A stretch of DNA of 33,701 bases from Chiloscyllium plagiosum (Eukaryota): NCBI RefSeq assembly GCF_004010195.1, contig NC_057720.1, forward strand, positions 27,304,998-27,338,698, in the 5' to 3' direction. The notes below the pieces were generated by a model. That model was not told the DNA's origin, made no database searches, and saw only the letters and a list, made by a program, of their open reading frames with translations. The position numbers and the translations under genes were made by a program. Of the stretch, positions 12,273-24,209 are shown piece by piece; positions within the stretch are counted from its first letter, which is position 1; each line of letters begins with the position of its first letter.

Positions 12273-12386
12273 CCCTGAAGAAGGGCTTATGCCCGAAACG
12301 TCGATTCTCCTGTTCCCTGGATGCTGCCTGATTTCCAGCAACACATTTCCAGCTCTGATCTCCAGCATCTGCAGACCTCACTTTCT
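12273..12386 (+). mobile_element. Short PLE pLTR insertion (family B-related) with 13-bp TSD
   Basis: CCTAACCAATCAG at 12260-12272 and 12387-12399; homologous to 24081-24200. Confidence 0.88.
12275..12302 (+). ncRNA. Minimal type I hammerhead ribozyme core
   Basis: CUGAAGA-A-GGGC-UUAU-GCCC-GAAA-CGUC: intact catalytic boxes, 4-bp stem II, palindromic ACGU stem III, GUC cleavage triplet. The 5' strand of stem I is lost to truncation. Confidence 0.8.
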
Positions 12387-12876
12387 CCTAACCAATCAGT
12401 GGTGAGAACATAAATTTAATTTGCTGGCTGGTTAGTCTACAGTTTGTGTTGACCTACTTTTACTTACACCAGTCACCTATATCATTGAAGTGTACCCCAA
12501 TTTACCAATTTTTCTTGTTTCCCTTTCTGCTTCCTGATGGCCTTTACCATTTGTGGTATTGCAATAAATACTTTGTGACATAAATATTGTGTCACATGGT
12601 CGACCCTGTTTATTTCTCCCTCACACTGTATAATTTTCCTTCGTCCTCTGTAAATCTCTGACCTTCCATCATTCAAGTTTTTGGGCTTGAGATTGCTGGT
12701 TGAACTCTCCCTACTACTTGGAGGCTGATTGTCAAAATATGAAATGCAATTAATGCTAAACCCTGATTTTTTTTTAACATGTAGAAGGACAATTGAGTAA
12801 ATTGTGTTAATCTCTTAATATCCATTGTGTAAATGTGGATTTATCGTGGATGAGAGTGGGTAGATTGCTTACAGCT

Positions 12877-13335
12877 GTCATAGAGTCATACAGCCACATA
12901 GCATAGGAACACATCCTTTGGTCCAACTTGTCTGTGCTGACCAAATATCACAATCTGATCTTGTGCCATTTGCCAGCATTTGGCCCATATCTCTCTAAAC
13001 CCTTCCTATTCATGTATCCATTCGTTTTCCTTTTAAGTACTGTAATTGTACCAGCCTCCACCACTTCCTGTGGCAGTTCATTCCATAGCTGCATCACACT
13101 CTGTGAAAACGTTGCACATTAGGTCCTTTTTAAATCTTTTCCCTTTCACCTTAAACCTATATCCTGCAGTTTTGCACTTGCCACTCTGTGAAAAAGACCT
13201 TGAGTATTCACCCTATCCATGCCCCTCATGATTTTATAAACCTCTATAAGGTCACCTCTCAGTCTCCAACACTCCTTGGAAAAATGCCCCATCCTATTCA
13301 GCCTTTTCCTATAACTCAAACTCTTTAAAATCCTG
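12877..13335 (-). mobile_element. CR1/HER1 LINE 3' fragment
   Basis: ORF 13146..13379 LSYRKRLNRMG..RLRGDLIEVYKIMRGMDRV; GTCATAGAGTCATA tail. Confidence 0.9.
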
Positions 13336-13719
13336 GGATGGCAAGAGGATAAGATCTGTATCATTAGCAGCAATAACAAAAGCTGTGTGTAGTTTTGTTA
13401 TTGTGACCTAGAAACTTTTTTGACTTTGTTCGAATTGTGGTATTACATTCACACTGGTCGGATATCATTGACTAATTCCATTCTTTTATTGTTGTGACTC
13501 TTTATTGTATACAGTTATTAAATGGAACTTGTCAGAGTAAAATGATATTTTTGTAAATGTATTGAGGACGTATTTGGAAATCATAGTTTTTATTTTTTAA
13601 TGGTTGTTTTTATTTGCTGTCACCTGCCACCCCTTTAACCCACAGCATCTAAAGTCAATGTTACAAACCTAGTAACTCGTAATAGACTTTGCAGCCCTGA
13701 ATTTATAAAGACAGAGGCT

Positions 13720-14228
13720 TGAGGGTCACCTTGCTGTAGGAAGAATGTTATTAAACTGGAAAGAGTGCAGAAGAAATTTACTAGGATATTCCCTGGATTT
13801 AATGGTCTGAGTTATAGGGAGAGGTTAGACAAGCTAGGACTTATAATTTTAGAGCATAGGGGAATGAGGGGGGACCTTACAGAGGTGTATAAGATCATGA
13901 GATAGGATGGATGCACACAAGTCTTTTTCCCAGGGTTGGCGAATCGAGAAGTAGAGTAGTTTAAGGTTAGAGGGGTAAAAAATAAAAGGGAACCTGAGGG
14001 ACAACCTTTTCACACATAGGGTGGTACGCATGTGGAATGAGCTGCCAGCGGAAATGGTTGAAGTGGGTACATTAACAACATTTAAAAGGCATTTGAACAA
14101 TACATGGATAGGAAAGGATATGGGCCAAGTGCAGGGAAATGGGGTTAGCATGGACAGGCATCTTAGTCGGCATGGACCAATTTGGGCCAAAGGGCCTGTC
14201 TCGTCGCTGTAGGACTGTATGACTCTAA
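13720..14228 (+). mobile_element. CR1/HER1 LINE 3' fragment
   Basis: LERVQKKFTR and VVRMWNELP motifs; ends GGGCCAAAGGGCCTGT..TATGACTCTA. Confidence 0.9.
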
Positions 14229-14319
14229 GATCTGTAGGGCTGGTCCTTGAACTCCAATTTTGAATGTGAATTAAATGCTCATTTTATTCCACTTGGGATT
14301 ATCATAATTTTAATTCAAA

Positions 14320-14410
14320 TATTATGTGGAAATGCTGGGAGAACTCAGCAGTTTAGGTAGCATCTGTGGAGAGAGAAACACTAAGTTCATCAGGTTAGTG
14401 ACCTTTCAAA
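14320..14410 (-). mobile_element. Old PLE-derived pLTR remnant
   Basis: Reverse complement TTTCTCTCTCCACAGATGCT..CTGCTGAGTTCTCCCAGCA resembles the GATGCTGCCTGACCTGCTG..CCAGCA segment of family B and 22130-22170. Confidence 0.5.
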
Positions 14411-14811
14411 CCAATAGCAGGGATATGTTTAAGATGCAGTAGGAATGCAGATAAAGGAGTGGACAGGGTTTACCTAATGGGATGGAATGTTGGAGAGATT
14501 ATGTGAGAGGGATAATCATGGAACTAGGGACTAGTAAAGAGAGAAAGGATGTCTAAAAAGAAAAGTCAAGATAATCAGCAACAACTATAATCCGAAAACA
14601 AAAAAAACCAGAAAAGAAATCATAGATCTGGCTACCATTACAGTGATGTGGCTGCAGAAAGACATGGTTTGGGATCTGAATATCAAAGTGCATAGTGCCC
14701 TTAGGAAGGGCAGAAGAGAGCCACTGAATGTAATCTATTAGGATTCGCAGAGGCCTTTGACAAGTTGCTGCACATAAGGTTGCTAAATAAAATAAGAGCC
14801 CATGATATACT

Positions 14812-15021
14812 GATTAGATTACATTACATTACATTACAGTGTGGAAACAGGCCCTTCGGCCCAACAAGTCCACACTGCCCCGCCGAAGCGCAACCCACCA
14901 TACCCCTACATTAACCCCTTACCTAACACTACGGGCAATTTAGCATGGCCAATTCACCTGACCTGCACATCTTTGGACTGTGGGAGGAAACCGGAGCACC
15001 TGGAGGAAACCCACGCAGATA
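14812..15021 (-). mobile_element. HE1 V-SINE, 5'-truncated
   Basis: (ATTAC)n tail, ACAGGCCCTTCGGCCC, V-domain nearly identical to 15840-16020. Confidence 0.9.
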
Positions 15022-15816
15022 TGGATAGAGCATTGGCTGACTGGCAGAAAGTAGAGAGTGGGAATAAATAGGTGGCAGCCAATGACTCGTGGAACTCCGA
15101 AACAATTTGTATTGGGACTCCCAACTATACACATTATGCATTAATGCTCTAGATGGAGGCATTGAGGACATTGTTGCTAAGATTATACATGACACAGATG
15201 GGTGGAGAGGCAGGTAAGCTATAGAACGACTTAGACAGGCTAGGAGAGTGGCAGATGGAATATGATGTGGGAAAATGTGAAGTTATGCAATTTGGTCAGC
15301 GGAATAGAGGCATAGACTATCTTCTAAATGGGGCCAGACTTCAGAAATCTGAAGCACAAAGGGTCTTGGGAGTCCTAGTTCAGGATTCACTTAAGATTAA
15401 CATGCAAGTTCAGTTGCAAATGTGAGCATTAATTTCAAGAGGGCCAGAAAACTAAAACAGAAATTTACTGCTGAGGCTGTAAAGGCTCTGGTCAGACCAC
15501 ATTTAGAATGTTGAGAGCAGTTTTGGGCCCTGCGCCCAAGGAAGGATGGGCTGGCATTGAAGAAGTCCAAAGGAGGTTTATAAGAATGATCCTGGGGGTG
15601 AAGGGCTTGTCACTTGAGGAGCTGTTCAGAACTCAGGGTCCGTACTCGAAGGCGTTTAGAGAGATGAGGGGAGAATCTGAAAGTTTCAGAATACAAAAAG
15701 GTCTGGATAGATTGAATGTGGAGAATATATTTTCACTAGTAGCAGAGACTAGGGTCTGAGGGTTCAGCCTCCGAGTGAAGGGATGGCTCTTTAGAACGAA
15801 GGTGAGGAGGAATTTT

Positions 15817-16125
15817 TTAGATTAGATTAGATTAGATTACAGTGTGGAAACAGGCCCTTCGGCCCAACACGTCCACACCGACGCGCAACCCACCCAGACC
15901 CATTCCCCTACATTTACCTCTTCACCTAACACTAAGGGCAATTTAGCATGGCCAATTCACCTGACCTGCACATCTTTGGACTGTGGGAGGAAACCGGAGT
16001 ACCCGGAGGAAACCCACGCAGACACGGGGAGAATGTGCAAACTCCACACAGTCAGTCGCCTGAGGCGGGAATTGAACCCGGGTCTCTGGTGCTGTGAGGC
16101 AGCAGTGCTAACCACTGTGCCACCG
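15817..16125 (-). mobile_element. HE1 V-SINE, near full-length, tRNA-derived head
   Basis: Pol III A box TGGCACAGTGG (16112-16122) and B box GGTTCAATTCC (16068-16078) on minus; V-domain; (ATTAG)n tail. Confidence 0.93.
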
Positions 16126-16679
16126 GGTGGTGAATCTGTGGAACGTATTGCCCTATGCAGCTGTGGAGGCCAAGTCATTGAATATATTTTAGTGAAAGAT
16201 CGATACGTTTTTGATTACTAAGGGGATCAAGGATAATGGGGGAAGGTAGGAGAATGGAATTGAGAAGCATATCAGCTATGATCAAATGGTGGAGCAGACT
16301 TGATGGACGGAATTCTACTGCTATATTTTATGGTCTTATGGACAGAAAGCATGGAAAAAGTGGAAGGTTGACTCTTAATTAATGATCACAGGAACATAAG
16401 AGAGGGATGATCTAAGTTCAGGAGATTGTGCTGTAGAAGTGGTTTTGGTCAAGATGAGATAGAATAAAAGCAAGAAGTCACTTATGGGAGTGGTGTGCAG
16501 ACCCCTTAATCCTAAACAAATAGTAAGGTGGAGTATTAAGAAATAAAAATGGGAGCTTGTCAGAACTGCAAGGCAATGTATGGATTCTATATTTTAAAAT
16601 TGGCATTTTTTAATCATCATATGGACTAGAAATACCAAGTGGGCAAAGTAACCGAGATGAAGAGTTGGTAGAATGATTT

Positions 16680-18900
16680 CGCAACCACCTGTATTCCAAA
16701 TGTGGCTGAACCAAAGTCTTATTAAGCTGTAACATGACCTGCCAACTCTTGTACTCAATACCCCGTCGGATGAAGGAAAGCATGCCGTACGCCTTCTTGA
16801 CAACTCTACTGACCTGTGTTGTCACATTCAGGGAACAATGGACTTGATCACCCAGATCCTTCTGTAATCCCAGGACTTTTCCATTTATTGTATAGTTTGC
16901 TCTTGAATTGGATCTTCCAAATGCATAACCTTGCATTTGTCCAGATTGAACTCCATCTGCCTTTATTTTGCCCAACTCACCAAACTATCTATATTCTGCT
17001 GTATTCTCTGAAGTCCCCATCACTATCCACTACTCCACCAATCTTAGTGTCATCTGCAAACCTTCCTCCAAATCATTTATGTGTATCACAAAGAACAGTG
17101 ATCCCAGCATGGATCTCTGTGGAATACCACGAGTCAACAGGTCTCCATTTTGAGAAACTCCCTTCTGCTACTACTCTCTGTCTCCTGTTGTCCAACCAGT
17201 TCTCTATCCATCTAGCTAGAACACTCTTGAACTCCATGCAACTTTACCTTCTCCATCATGGGGAACCTTATCAAACGTCTTGCTAAAAGTCCATGTATAT
17301 GACATTTACATCTCTTCCCTCATCAAACAACTTTGTCACCTCCTCAAATAATTCTATTAGGCTTGCAAGACATGACCTTCCCTCCACAAAACCATGTTGC
17401 CTACCACTGATAAGCCCATTTTCTTCCAAATGGGAATACCTTCTATCCCTCAGTACTTGGAGATGCCGGTGTTGGACTGGGGTTTGCAAAGTTAAAATTC
17501 ACACAATACCAGGTTATAGTCCATCAAGTTTATTTGGAAGCATTGGCTTTCGGAGCGCTGCTCCTTCATCAGGTGTTTGACTACCCGATGAAGGAGTAGC
17601 ACTCTGAAAGCTGGTGCTTCCAAATAAATCAGTTGGACTATAAACTGATGATTTTTAACTTCATCCCTCAGTATCTTCTCCAGCAGCTTCCCTATCACTG
17701 ATGTCAGACTCACACGTCTGTAATTAGCTGGATTATCCCTTCTACCCTTCTTAATCAAGGGGACAACATTAGCAATTCTCCAGTCCTCCAGGACCTCACC
17801 CGTGTTCAAGGATGCTGCAAAGATATCTGTTAAAGCCCCAGCTATTTCCTCTCTCGCTTCCCTCAGTAACCTGGGATAGATCCCATCTGGACCTTGGGAC
17901 GTGTCCACCTTAATGCCTTTTAGAATACCCAATACTTCCTCCCTCCTTATGCTTACTTGACCTAGAGAATCGAAAATCTATCCCTAACTTCAAAATCAGC
18001 AACGTCCCTCTTCTTGGTGAATACCGATGCAAAGTACTCATTAAGAATCTCACCCATTTTCTCTCTCTCCATGCATAAATTTCCTCCTTTGTCCTTGAGT
18101 GGGCCAACCCTTTCTCTGGTTGCTTTTTTGCTCCTTGGATATGAATGAAAGGCTTTGGGATTTTCCTTAACCCTGTTTGCTAAGGATATCTCATGATCAC
18201 TTTACCCCTCTTAATTCCTCATTTCAGATTGTTCCTACATTCCCAATATTCTTCCAAAGCTTCATCTGTTTTCAGTCGCCTAGACCTTATGTACGCATTC
18301 TTTTTCCTCTTAGCTAGTCTCACAATTTCACCTGTCATTCATTGTTCCCTAATCTTGCCATTTCTATCCCTCATTTTCACAAGATAATAGCTCTCCTGAA
18401 CTCTAATCAACCTTTCTTTAAAAGCTTCCCACATATCGAATGTGGATTTACCAATATACATACCCCAGCTTCTGCCTAATTTTGGTATAGTTGGCCTTTC
18501 CCCAATTTAGCACGCTTACTCATCTTTTGTCCATGAGTATTCTAAAACTTATGGAATTGTGATCACTATTCCCAAAGTAATCCCCTGCTGAAACTTCAAC
18601 CACCTGGCCAGGCTCATTTCCCAACACCAGGTCCAGTTTGGCCTGCTCCTGGGATAGACTATTTACGTACTGCTCTGGAAAACCCTCCAGGATGTTCTTA
18701 CAAATTCTGCTCCATCTAGACCTCTAATGCTAAGTGAATCCCAGTCAGCGTTGGGAAAATTAAAATATCCTTTCACCACCACCCTGTTGCTCCTACATCG
18801 TTCCATGATCTATTTACATATTTGTACTCTATCTCATGTTCGCTGTTGGGAGGCCAGTGGCACAGTCACAACATTGTTACTGCACCCTTCCTATTTCTGA
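16680..18900 (-). mobile_element. CR1/HER1 LINE ORF2 remnant (EN-linker-RT) with deletions, interrupted by a PLE
   Basis: ORFs 17492..17932 (GPDGIYPRLLRE..WRIANVVPL..NYRRVSLTSVIGKLLEKIL), 17283..17489 (QHGF..RSCL..VIYMDF) and 16610..16975. Confidence 0.92.
17456..17662 (-). mobile_element. PLE family A inverted pLTR insertion with two divergent hammerheads
   Basis: TSD ATCCCTCAGTA at 17445-17455 and 17663-17673; arms meet near 17575-17583; hammerhead cores at 17544-17572 (-) and 17585-17613 (+, CCGATGA variant). Confidence 0.88.
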
Positions 18901-19330
18901 GGGTTTGAGTTATAAAAATAGGCTGGGATGTTGTTCATTTGAATGTGGAAGGTTGACTGGGTAAGCTCAGAGGTTTATGGAGTCATGAGGGGCATATAGA
19001 TAAGGTGAATAGAAAGGGTCTTTCCCCTAGGGAGTTCAAAACTAGGGAGCATATTTTTAAAGTGAGAGAAGAATGCTTTAAAACAGTCATGCAAAGCAAC
19101 TTTTTTGATACAGAGTGGTTTGTGTGTGGAATGAACTGGCAGAGGGAAGTGGTTGATGCAGGTACAGTTGCGACATTTAAAATACATTTGGATAAGTACA
19201 TGAATACGAAAGATTTGGAGGGATGTGAGGGAAACGCAGGCAAATGGGCCTGGTTTAGTTTGGAAACATGGTCGATGTGGACGAGTTGGACCTAAGTGTC
19301 TGTTTCCATGCTGTTTGACTTTATGACTGT
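18900..19330 (+). mobile_element. CR1/HER1 LINE 3' fragment
   Basis: FKTREHIFKVR and ATFKIHLDKYMNTK in ORF 19005..19295; TATGACT tail. Confidence 0.85.
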
Positions 19331-20589
19331 GACTTTATCCGTGAGCACTTTAGGCTCTGTCCCAGGTTACAGATATTTTTGCTATTGCCCTTTTGGAGGT
19401 CACTTTAATGAGGTAAGGGTGAGATCATCACATCATGAATACACTGAAAATATGATCATTTTCATAAAAACATACTGCAGTAGAGAATCAAACATCTTGA
19501 GTCCGTCTATTAATTTGTCAGCTTTGTTCATTTGATTGTCCATTTTGTCTGATATTAAAGTTTTGTGTATTCATGCCTACGTCCAGAACAAAACTTGCAT
19601 TGTCAAAAATGCCATCTCTTGGTTGAGATGTGTTGAACTTTCTGCCTGCAAAGGTAACAAAGATATTTTTGCCACTTTGAATAGCAGTGCTTTCACCTGG
19701 TGCAAACTACAATTCCTGTTTCAATTAAAGACACCAAAAATAAACAAATGATCTATTTCATTATTTGCTTTTCTGCATTTTACTGTGTGCGCAACATGTA
19801 AAATATTAACTGATGCTAATTTCTTGATGATGTCTGTCCTGTCTAAAAAAAGATTTAGTGTATTTGAACACAAAACCAAATATGAGATTAATGTAGTTTA
19901 AATAAAGTTACTATAAGTAATTGACATAAAGCCAGTTCTCTGAGGCTCTTGCTCTATGATCTACTCGATTGTACAACAGATAACAATATACTGAAGACCT
20001 TGGAATGCTGGAGGTCACAACTCATATTTGCTGTGTGAACAATGCATTTGCTGTCAACAGAATATCCAGGCACAAGTGCTTACAATGGATTTTGATTTGT
20101 GCTAATGGATGGAAACGTGGCTCATTACCTGCCAGGTTTTTGTTAAACTCAACAGTTAGGAAAGGTAAATATACTTTTCTAAAGCTTCTTTATATAGTTT
20201 GAGATTCTATAAGCTTAACTACAAATTGGCCAGCAGCTTGCAAAACCCTGTAGAATATTTTAAATTGTATATATGTGTGTTTGAGTAAGTAGACAAATGT
20301 GGATCATGTGTGATATGAGAAAGTGGTCAGATTTGGCTTTGCCTCTGATGTGCAAGTATGGGAATACATAAGTCACAGCTGGTAGCATGAAAATAGGCAT
20401 GCAAAACTTTGCAATGAGAATCTCTTCCTGCAGTTAACTGCCTTCATATCGCCACTGTTTTCTGTACCATTCAGATAAATTTAAACCACTCAGACGTGTA
20501 CTTCAATCTGTTTATTTATAATCTCATCTTTATATATCCTCTTATATATTCACCAAGTCCTTCCTCCCAAACTCTTGTTACAAGATGAA

Positions 20590-20810
20590 TAAAAAAATGC
20601 TGCACCCAAGTCAGATATCAACTCTGGAGACAAGAAAATTGGGTCAGTGTTTCAAACTCTGACCCAGAAGGATCACAAACATGCATTAATTCTATTGTGC
20701 TGTCTCTACGGAGGCTCCCTGACCTGCTGAATTCTTCCAGTAATATCTGCCTTAACTTTCACAACACCGTAGATTTTCAACATCTGCAATATTGTGCTTT
20801 CTGTTCTGTT
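20590..20810 (+). mobile_element. Old, degraded PLE-derived pLTR, possibly with a short inverted arm
   Basis: CCTGACCTGCTGAATTCTTCCAG..TTTTCAACATCTGCAATATTG parallels the family B 3' region (CCTGACCTGCTG..TTTCCAGCATCTGCAGT). Confidence 0.5.
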
Positions 20811-21269
20811 CCTGCTCTAGTCTCTTACAAAGCACTCTGCCAATTACTATGCCCATTATCCCTTTCACTGTATGATTGCCAGATGTACTTTTAGTCATCT
20901 CTTCCCATAGTTCTGGTATTATCTCCCTACCTGACTTCTTCTTTGCCATTAATGCATTTGAGCTGCTGTCTATAGCTTCTTTGACTTGACACTATATTTT
21001 TCAGAATGTCCCTTGAGAAGCTTCTTTGTATGTTTTACATTCAAGCTGCCATCTAAATGTAAGCTTTTGTATTGCTTTTGGAGAAGATTAGTAAATGGAT
21101 TTATAGGAATTGCATGTTGATCTTGAATAAATTGCATAATTTTTATTCTTCAATTGTCTGGATATACAGATTTTTTAACCTATTTGTTTAACCTGCTGGA
21201 TGAAGAAGGGTGCTTTATATATAGTGTGTGCCTCTAGCCGTTTCTCAAAGATAATAAGTATAATTAAGT

Positions 21270-21538
21270 TAAAAATCACACAACACCAGGTTATCGTCCA
21301 ACAGGTTTAATTGGAAGCACACTAGCTCAATCAATTCTTCAATGTATAATTTCAGTTACATCACACTGCAAATTTTTGCTATAAATTCTGTGTTATGATC
21401 GAGCCCTCCACAATCTTCTGATGAAGGAGCGTCGCTCCGAAAGCTAGTATGCTTCCAATTAAACCTGTTGGACTATAACCTGGTGTTGTGTGATTTTTAA
21501 CTTTGTACACCCCAGTCCAACACCAGCATCTCCGAATC
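21270..21538 (+). mobile_element. PLE family A insertion: short inverted arm plus long tailed arm
   Basis: TSD AAGTATAATTAAGT at 21256-21269 and 21539-21552; 21266-21327 is the reverse complement of ~21442-21503; tail GTACACCCCAGTCCAACACCAGCATCTCCGAATC. Confidence 0.92.
21418..21446 (+). ncRNA. Minimal type I hammerhead ribozyme core (family A)
   Basis: CUGAUGA-A-GGAGC-GUC-GCUCC-GAAA-GCUA; 5-bp stem II, palindromic AGCU stem III; stem I mutated in this copy. Confidence 0.75.
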
Positions 21539-21879
21539 AAGTATAATTAAGTGTACCTTGTAATGACCTCACTATCCTAGAGATACTTGATTCATTTTCA
21601 TGTATTGATTGCAAAGCAAGTTGTGTTACGACTAGTTTGTCCTGGATAAAAGCAGAGTGAAGTGTCGTATCCTGTTTGGGTGTGATGCTTAATTTGTGCA
21701 GGATTGGTGATGTAACAAACCACCCAATTATCTGTTTAAAGAGTGAAGTTGTTATGTGCTGCAAGTACTAGTTGATATTGCGAGTTGTACTCATTTTTCA
21801 CTTAAAGTGATTATTCCTTGCTCTCTTTTCTTCTATTCTTCTCCTCGGCAACCATCCGAAGTTTAACTGGATTGTTCAC

Positions 21880-22530
21880 AATTTTTGTCATTGACCCTGA
21901 AGTGAACTTCTGACTATATGGCTTCAGTAACATCACTTGACTCTTCTCTCCCTCAGCTCATCTGCTGCTGAAACTGTCATCCATGTCTTTTGTTACCTAT
22001 AGCCTTGGCTGTTTACTGCACAGCTAGACACTGTGTGCATTCTATCCACCGTCCAAAGATCTGCTGCCCATGTCCAAACTTGCATCATGTTCTGAAGAAG
22101 AACAATTGCACTCAAAGCCATCACCTTAATTCTTTCTCCACAGATGCTGCGAGAACTACGGAGTTTGACCAACACCTTTGTTCTCATTCCAGACCTTCAA
22201 CACCTGCTTTATTTTGCTTTTATTGTTGTGCCAAGTCTCCTTTACTCACTGTCACTTTGCTCACTTTCTGTGTAATTTTCTTAGCCTTATAATCCTCTCT
22301 TCCTTTATTCCACTACTTCTCATCTCTTGAAATAATGTCATAGCTGGTGGCCATTGCTTCAACTACCTGTTCCTTAAGTTCTGAATACCATCTGAAAACT
22401 TCTCCACTGGCACCTCTCATTCCTCCTTTAAAAACAACCTCCCCCTCCAATCAAGCTAAAGTCTTGTAAAAGTTTGTTCTATAAATTTTTTGGGACATTT
22501 AGTTGTGTAAAATGTGCTATAGAATGCAAG
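21880..22530 (+). mobile_element. L2-type LINE 3' fragment containing an old PLE pLTR remnant (~22090-22225)
   Basis: GCTGAAACTGTCATCCATGTCTTTTGTTACC (AETLIHAFVTS-like) and L2-like end TGTGTAAAATGTGCTATAGAATGCAAG; the insert starts CTGAAGAAG and has TCTCCACAGATGCTGC. Confidence 0.6.
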
Positions 22531-22559
22531 CTTTCTTCAAGTTTGGATCCAAAAGGATT

Positions 22560-23300
22560 CTGAGATTGGACTTTTTACCTTTGATTACACAATTGTTGAG
22601 TGTTTGAGCTACTGTTGTTCAAGCAAATACCAAGAATTTGTCACATGTGTAATCTGTAGTTGGTGGAAAAGCTTGAAGAGTCAAGAATCAGGTCTCTTGT
22701 CACAGAAACTAATCTCTGATAGGTCTGGTTTAGTTATATTTCTTGATAATAGTGATTCCCAGGATGTTGTCAATGAGGGATTCAAATATGTTAATGCTGT
22801 TCTATTTCAAAGAAAAGTGCTTGAAAAGGTCACTTCTCGGCTTTCTTGTTGCTTGAGTGTTATCTGCTACTTGTCAGGTAAAATCTGAGTGTTGTCTGGG
22901 TCTTATTGCATGTTTTTCCATTATTGGAGGAGTTATGCATGGAAGTGAATATTGCAGTAATCAGTATGAATTTCCTGGACTTGTCAGAAGGCAGGCAGGG
23001 AAGGTGGTCTGGCCAGCCAGCCTCAGCAATTGGCGACAGTTTTACTCAGTTTCCTTGGGCGACACTTGATCAAATGTTCCTTTGGCATCAAGACCAGTTA
23101 CTGGCACCTTATCTCTGACATCCATATTTGGAGTATTAAGTGGCCAGATTTGATTTATTCTGTTTGTCGATAGGACCTAATTTGGAAGGCTTTCCCAGAG
23201 GTCGGTTCTGGCTCACAGGTCCTCACCATCGTTGAGATCCTGTTGAGGCAGGTACCCATTGAAATGTCTGTTGCTCTTAGCTGTTTCTCTACAGCTTCAC
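22560..23300 (-). mobile_element. Very old fragment related to the second LINE family
   Basis: Reverse complement GAATCCCTCATTGACAACATCCTGGGAATCACTATT parallels 10808-10843; degenerate FADDC-like segment near 22950-22970. Confidence 0.45.
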
Positions 23301-23688
23301 TCCTGAAGTCCAGGTATCATTCCTGCAAACCAATGTTGCAGTCCCTGCAAGGCCGGTACACACTTCCTATGAAATTTGGAATTGAGAAACTACTGAAGAC
23401 CGTGAAACCATTGTGGATTGTTGGAAAAGAAAACCCATCCAGCTCACTAATATCCCACAGGGAAGGAACTCTGCTATCTTCACCTGATCTGGCTGACATG
23501 TAACTCCAGACCCGCAGCAATGTGGTTGACTCTCAACTGCTCTTTGAAATGGCCCAACAAGCTACTCAGTTGTATCAATCACTACAAAGTCTTAACAAAG
23601 AAATAAAGGATATTCTATTCTAAGAAATTGAACCAGACAGATGACCCAGCACCAATCTAGGCATCAGAATAGACAACAGAAGAAACAG

Positions 23689-24209
23689 AGTCTAGATTAG
23701 AGTGGTGCTGGAAAAGCACAGCAGGTCAGGCAGCATCTAAAGAGCAGGAAAATCGATGTTTCGGGCAAAAGCCCTTCATCAGGAATAGAGGCAGGGCGCC
23801 TGCAGAGTGGAGAGATAAATGAGAGGGGGATGGGGGTGGGGAGAAAGTACCTGGGAGTTGCAGTGAGAGAGAGAGAGACTCACTGAGATTCTTGTAGAGA
23901 GAGGAGGAAAACTTCTTCAAGGCAGGCATCCTTGCAAGAGGATTCGTAGTAGGGTTAAAATCAACTAGGTAAAAACATGGACTGCAGGTGCTATAAACCA
24001 GAGTCTAGATTAAAGTACTTTCTGCCCATCCCCACCCCCCTCTCATTTATCTCCTCTCTGCAGGCTTCCTACCTCTATTCCTGATGAAGGGTTTTTGCCC
24101 GAAACGTCAATTTTCCTGCTCCTCGGATGCTGCCTGACCTGCTGTGCTTTTTCAGCACCACTCTAATCTAGACTTTGGTTTCCAGCATCTGCAGTCCTTG
24201 TTTTTACTG
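23689..24209 (+). mobile_element. PLE family B inverted pLTR insertion with internal element-derived spacer
   Basis: TSD AACAGAAGAAACAG at 23675-23688 and 24210-24223; arms 23689-23850 and 24015-24175; hammerhead cores at 23755-23782 (-) and 24081-24108 (+). Confidence 0.92.
24081..24108 (+). ncRNA. Minimal type I hammerhead ribozyme core (family B)
   Basis: CUGAUGA-A-GGGU-UUUU-GCCC-GAAA-CGUC; the mirrored copy at 23755-23782 (-) reads CUGAUGAAGGGCUUUUGCCCGAAACAUC. Confidence 0.8.

Larger units (their letters stand above)
14700..16340 (+). mobile_element. CR1 LINE RT-to-3' end, interrupted by two HE1 SINEs
   Basis: AFDK, WQMEYDVGKCEVMQFG and EEVQRRFIRMI motifs; resumes after the SINE at 16126 with GGTGGTGAATCTGTGGAA. 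Confidence 0.85.

Noticed and set aside
16060..16125. tRNA gene
   Set aside because: The A/B boxes belong to an HE1 SINE head; no complete cloverleaf.
21266..21503. Long inverted repeats read as DNA-transposon TIRs or pre-miRNA hairpins (also 17.5k, 23.7k, 32.1k)
   Set aside because: Asymmetric tails, variable 11-14 bp TSDs and hammerhead cores indicate PLE pLTRs.
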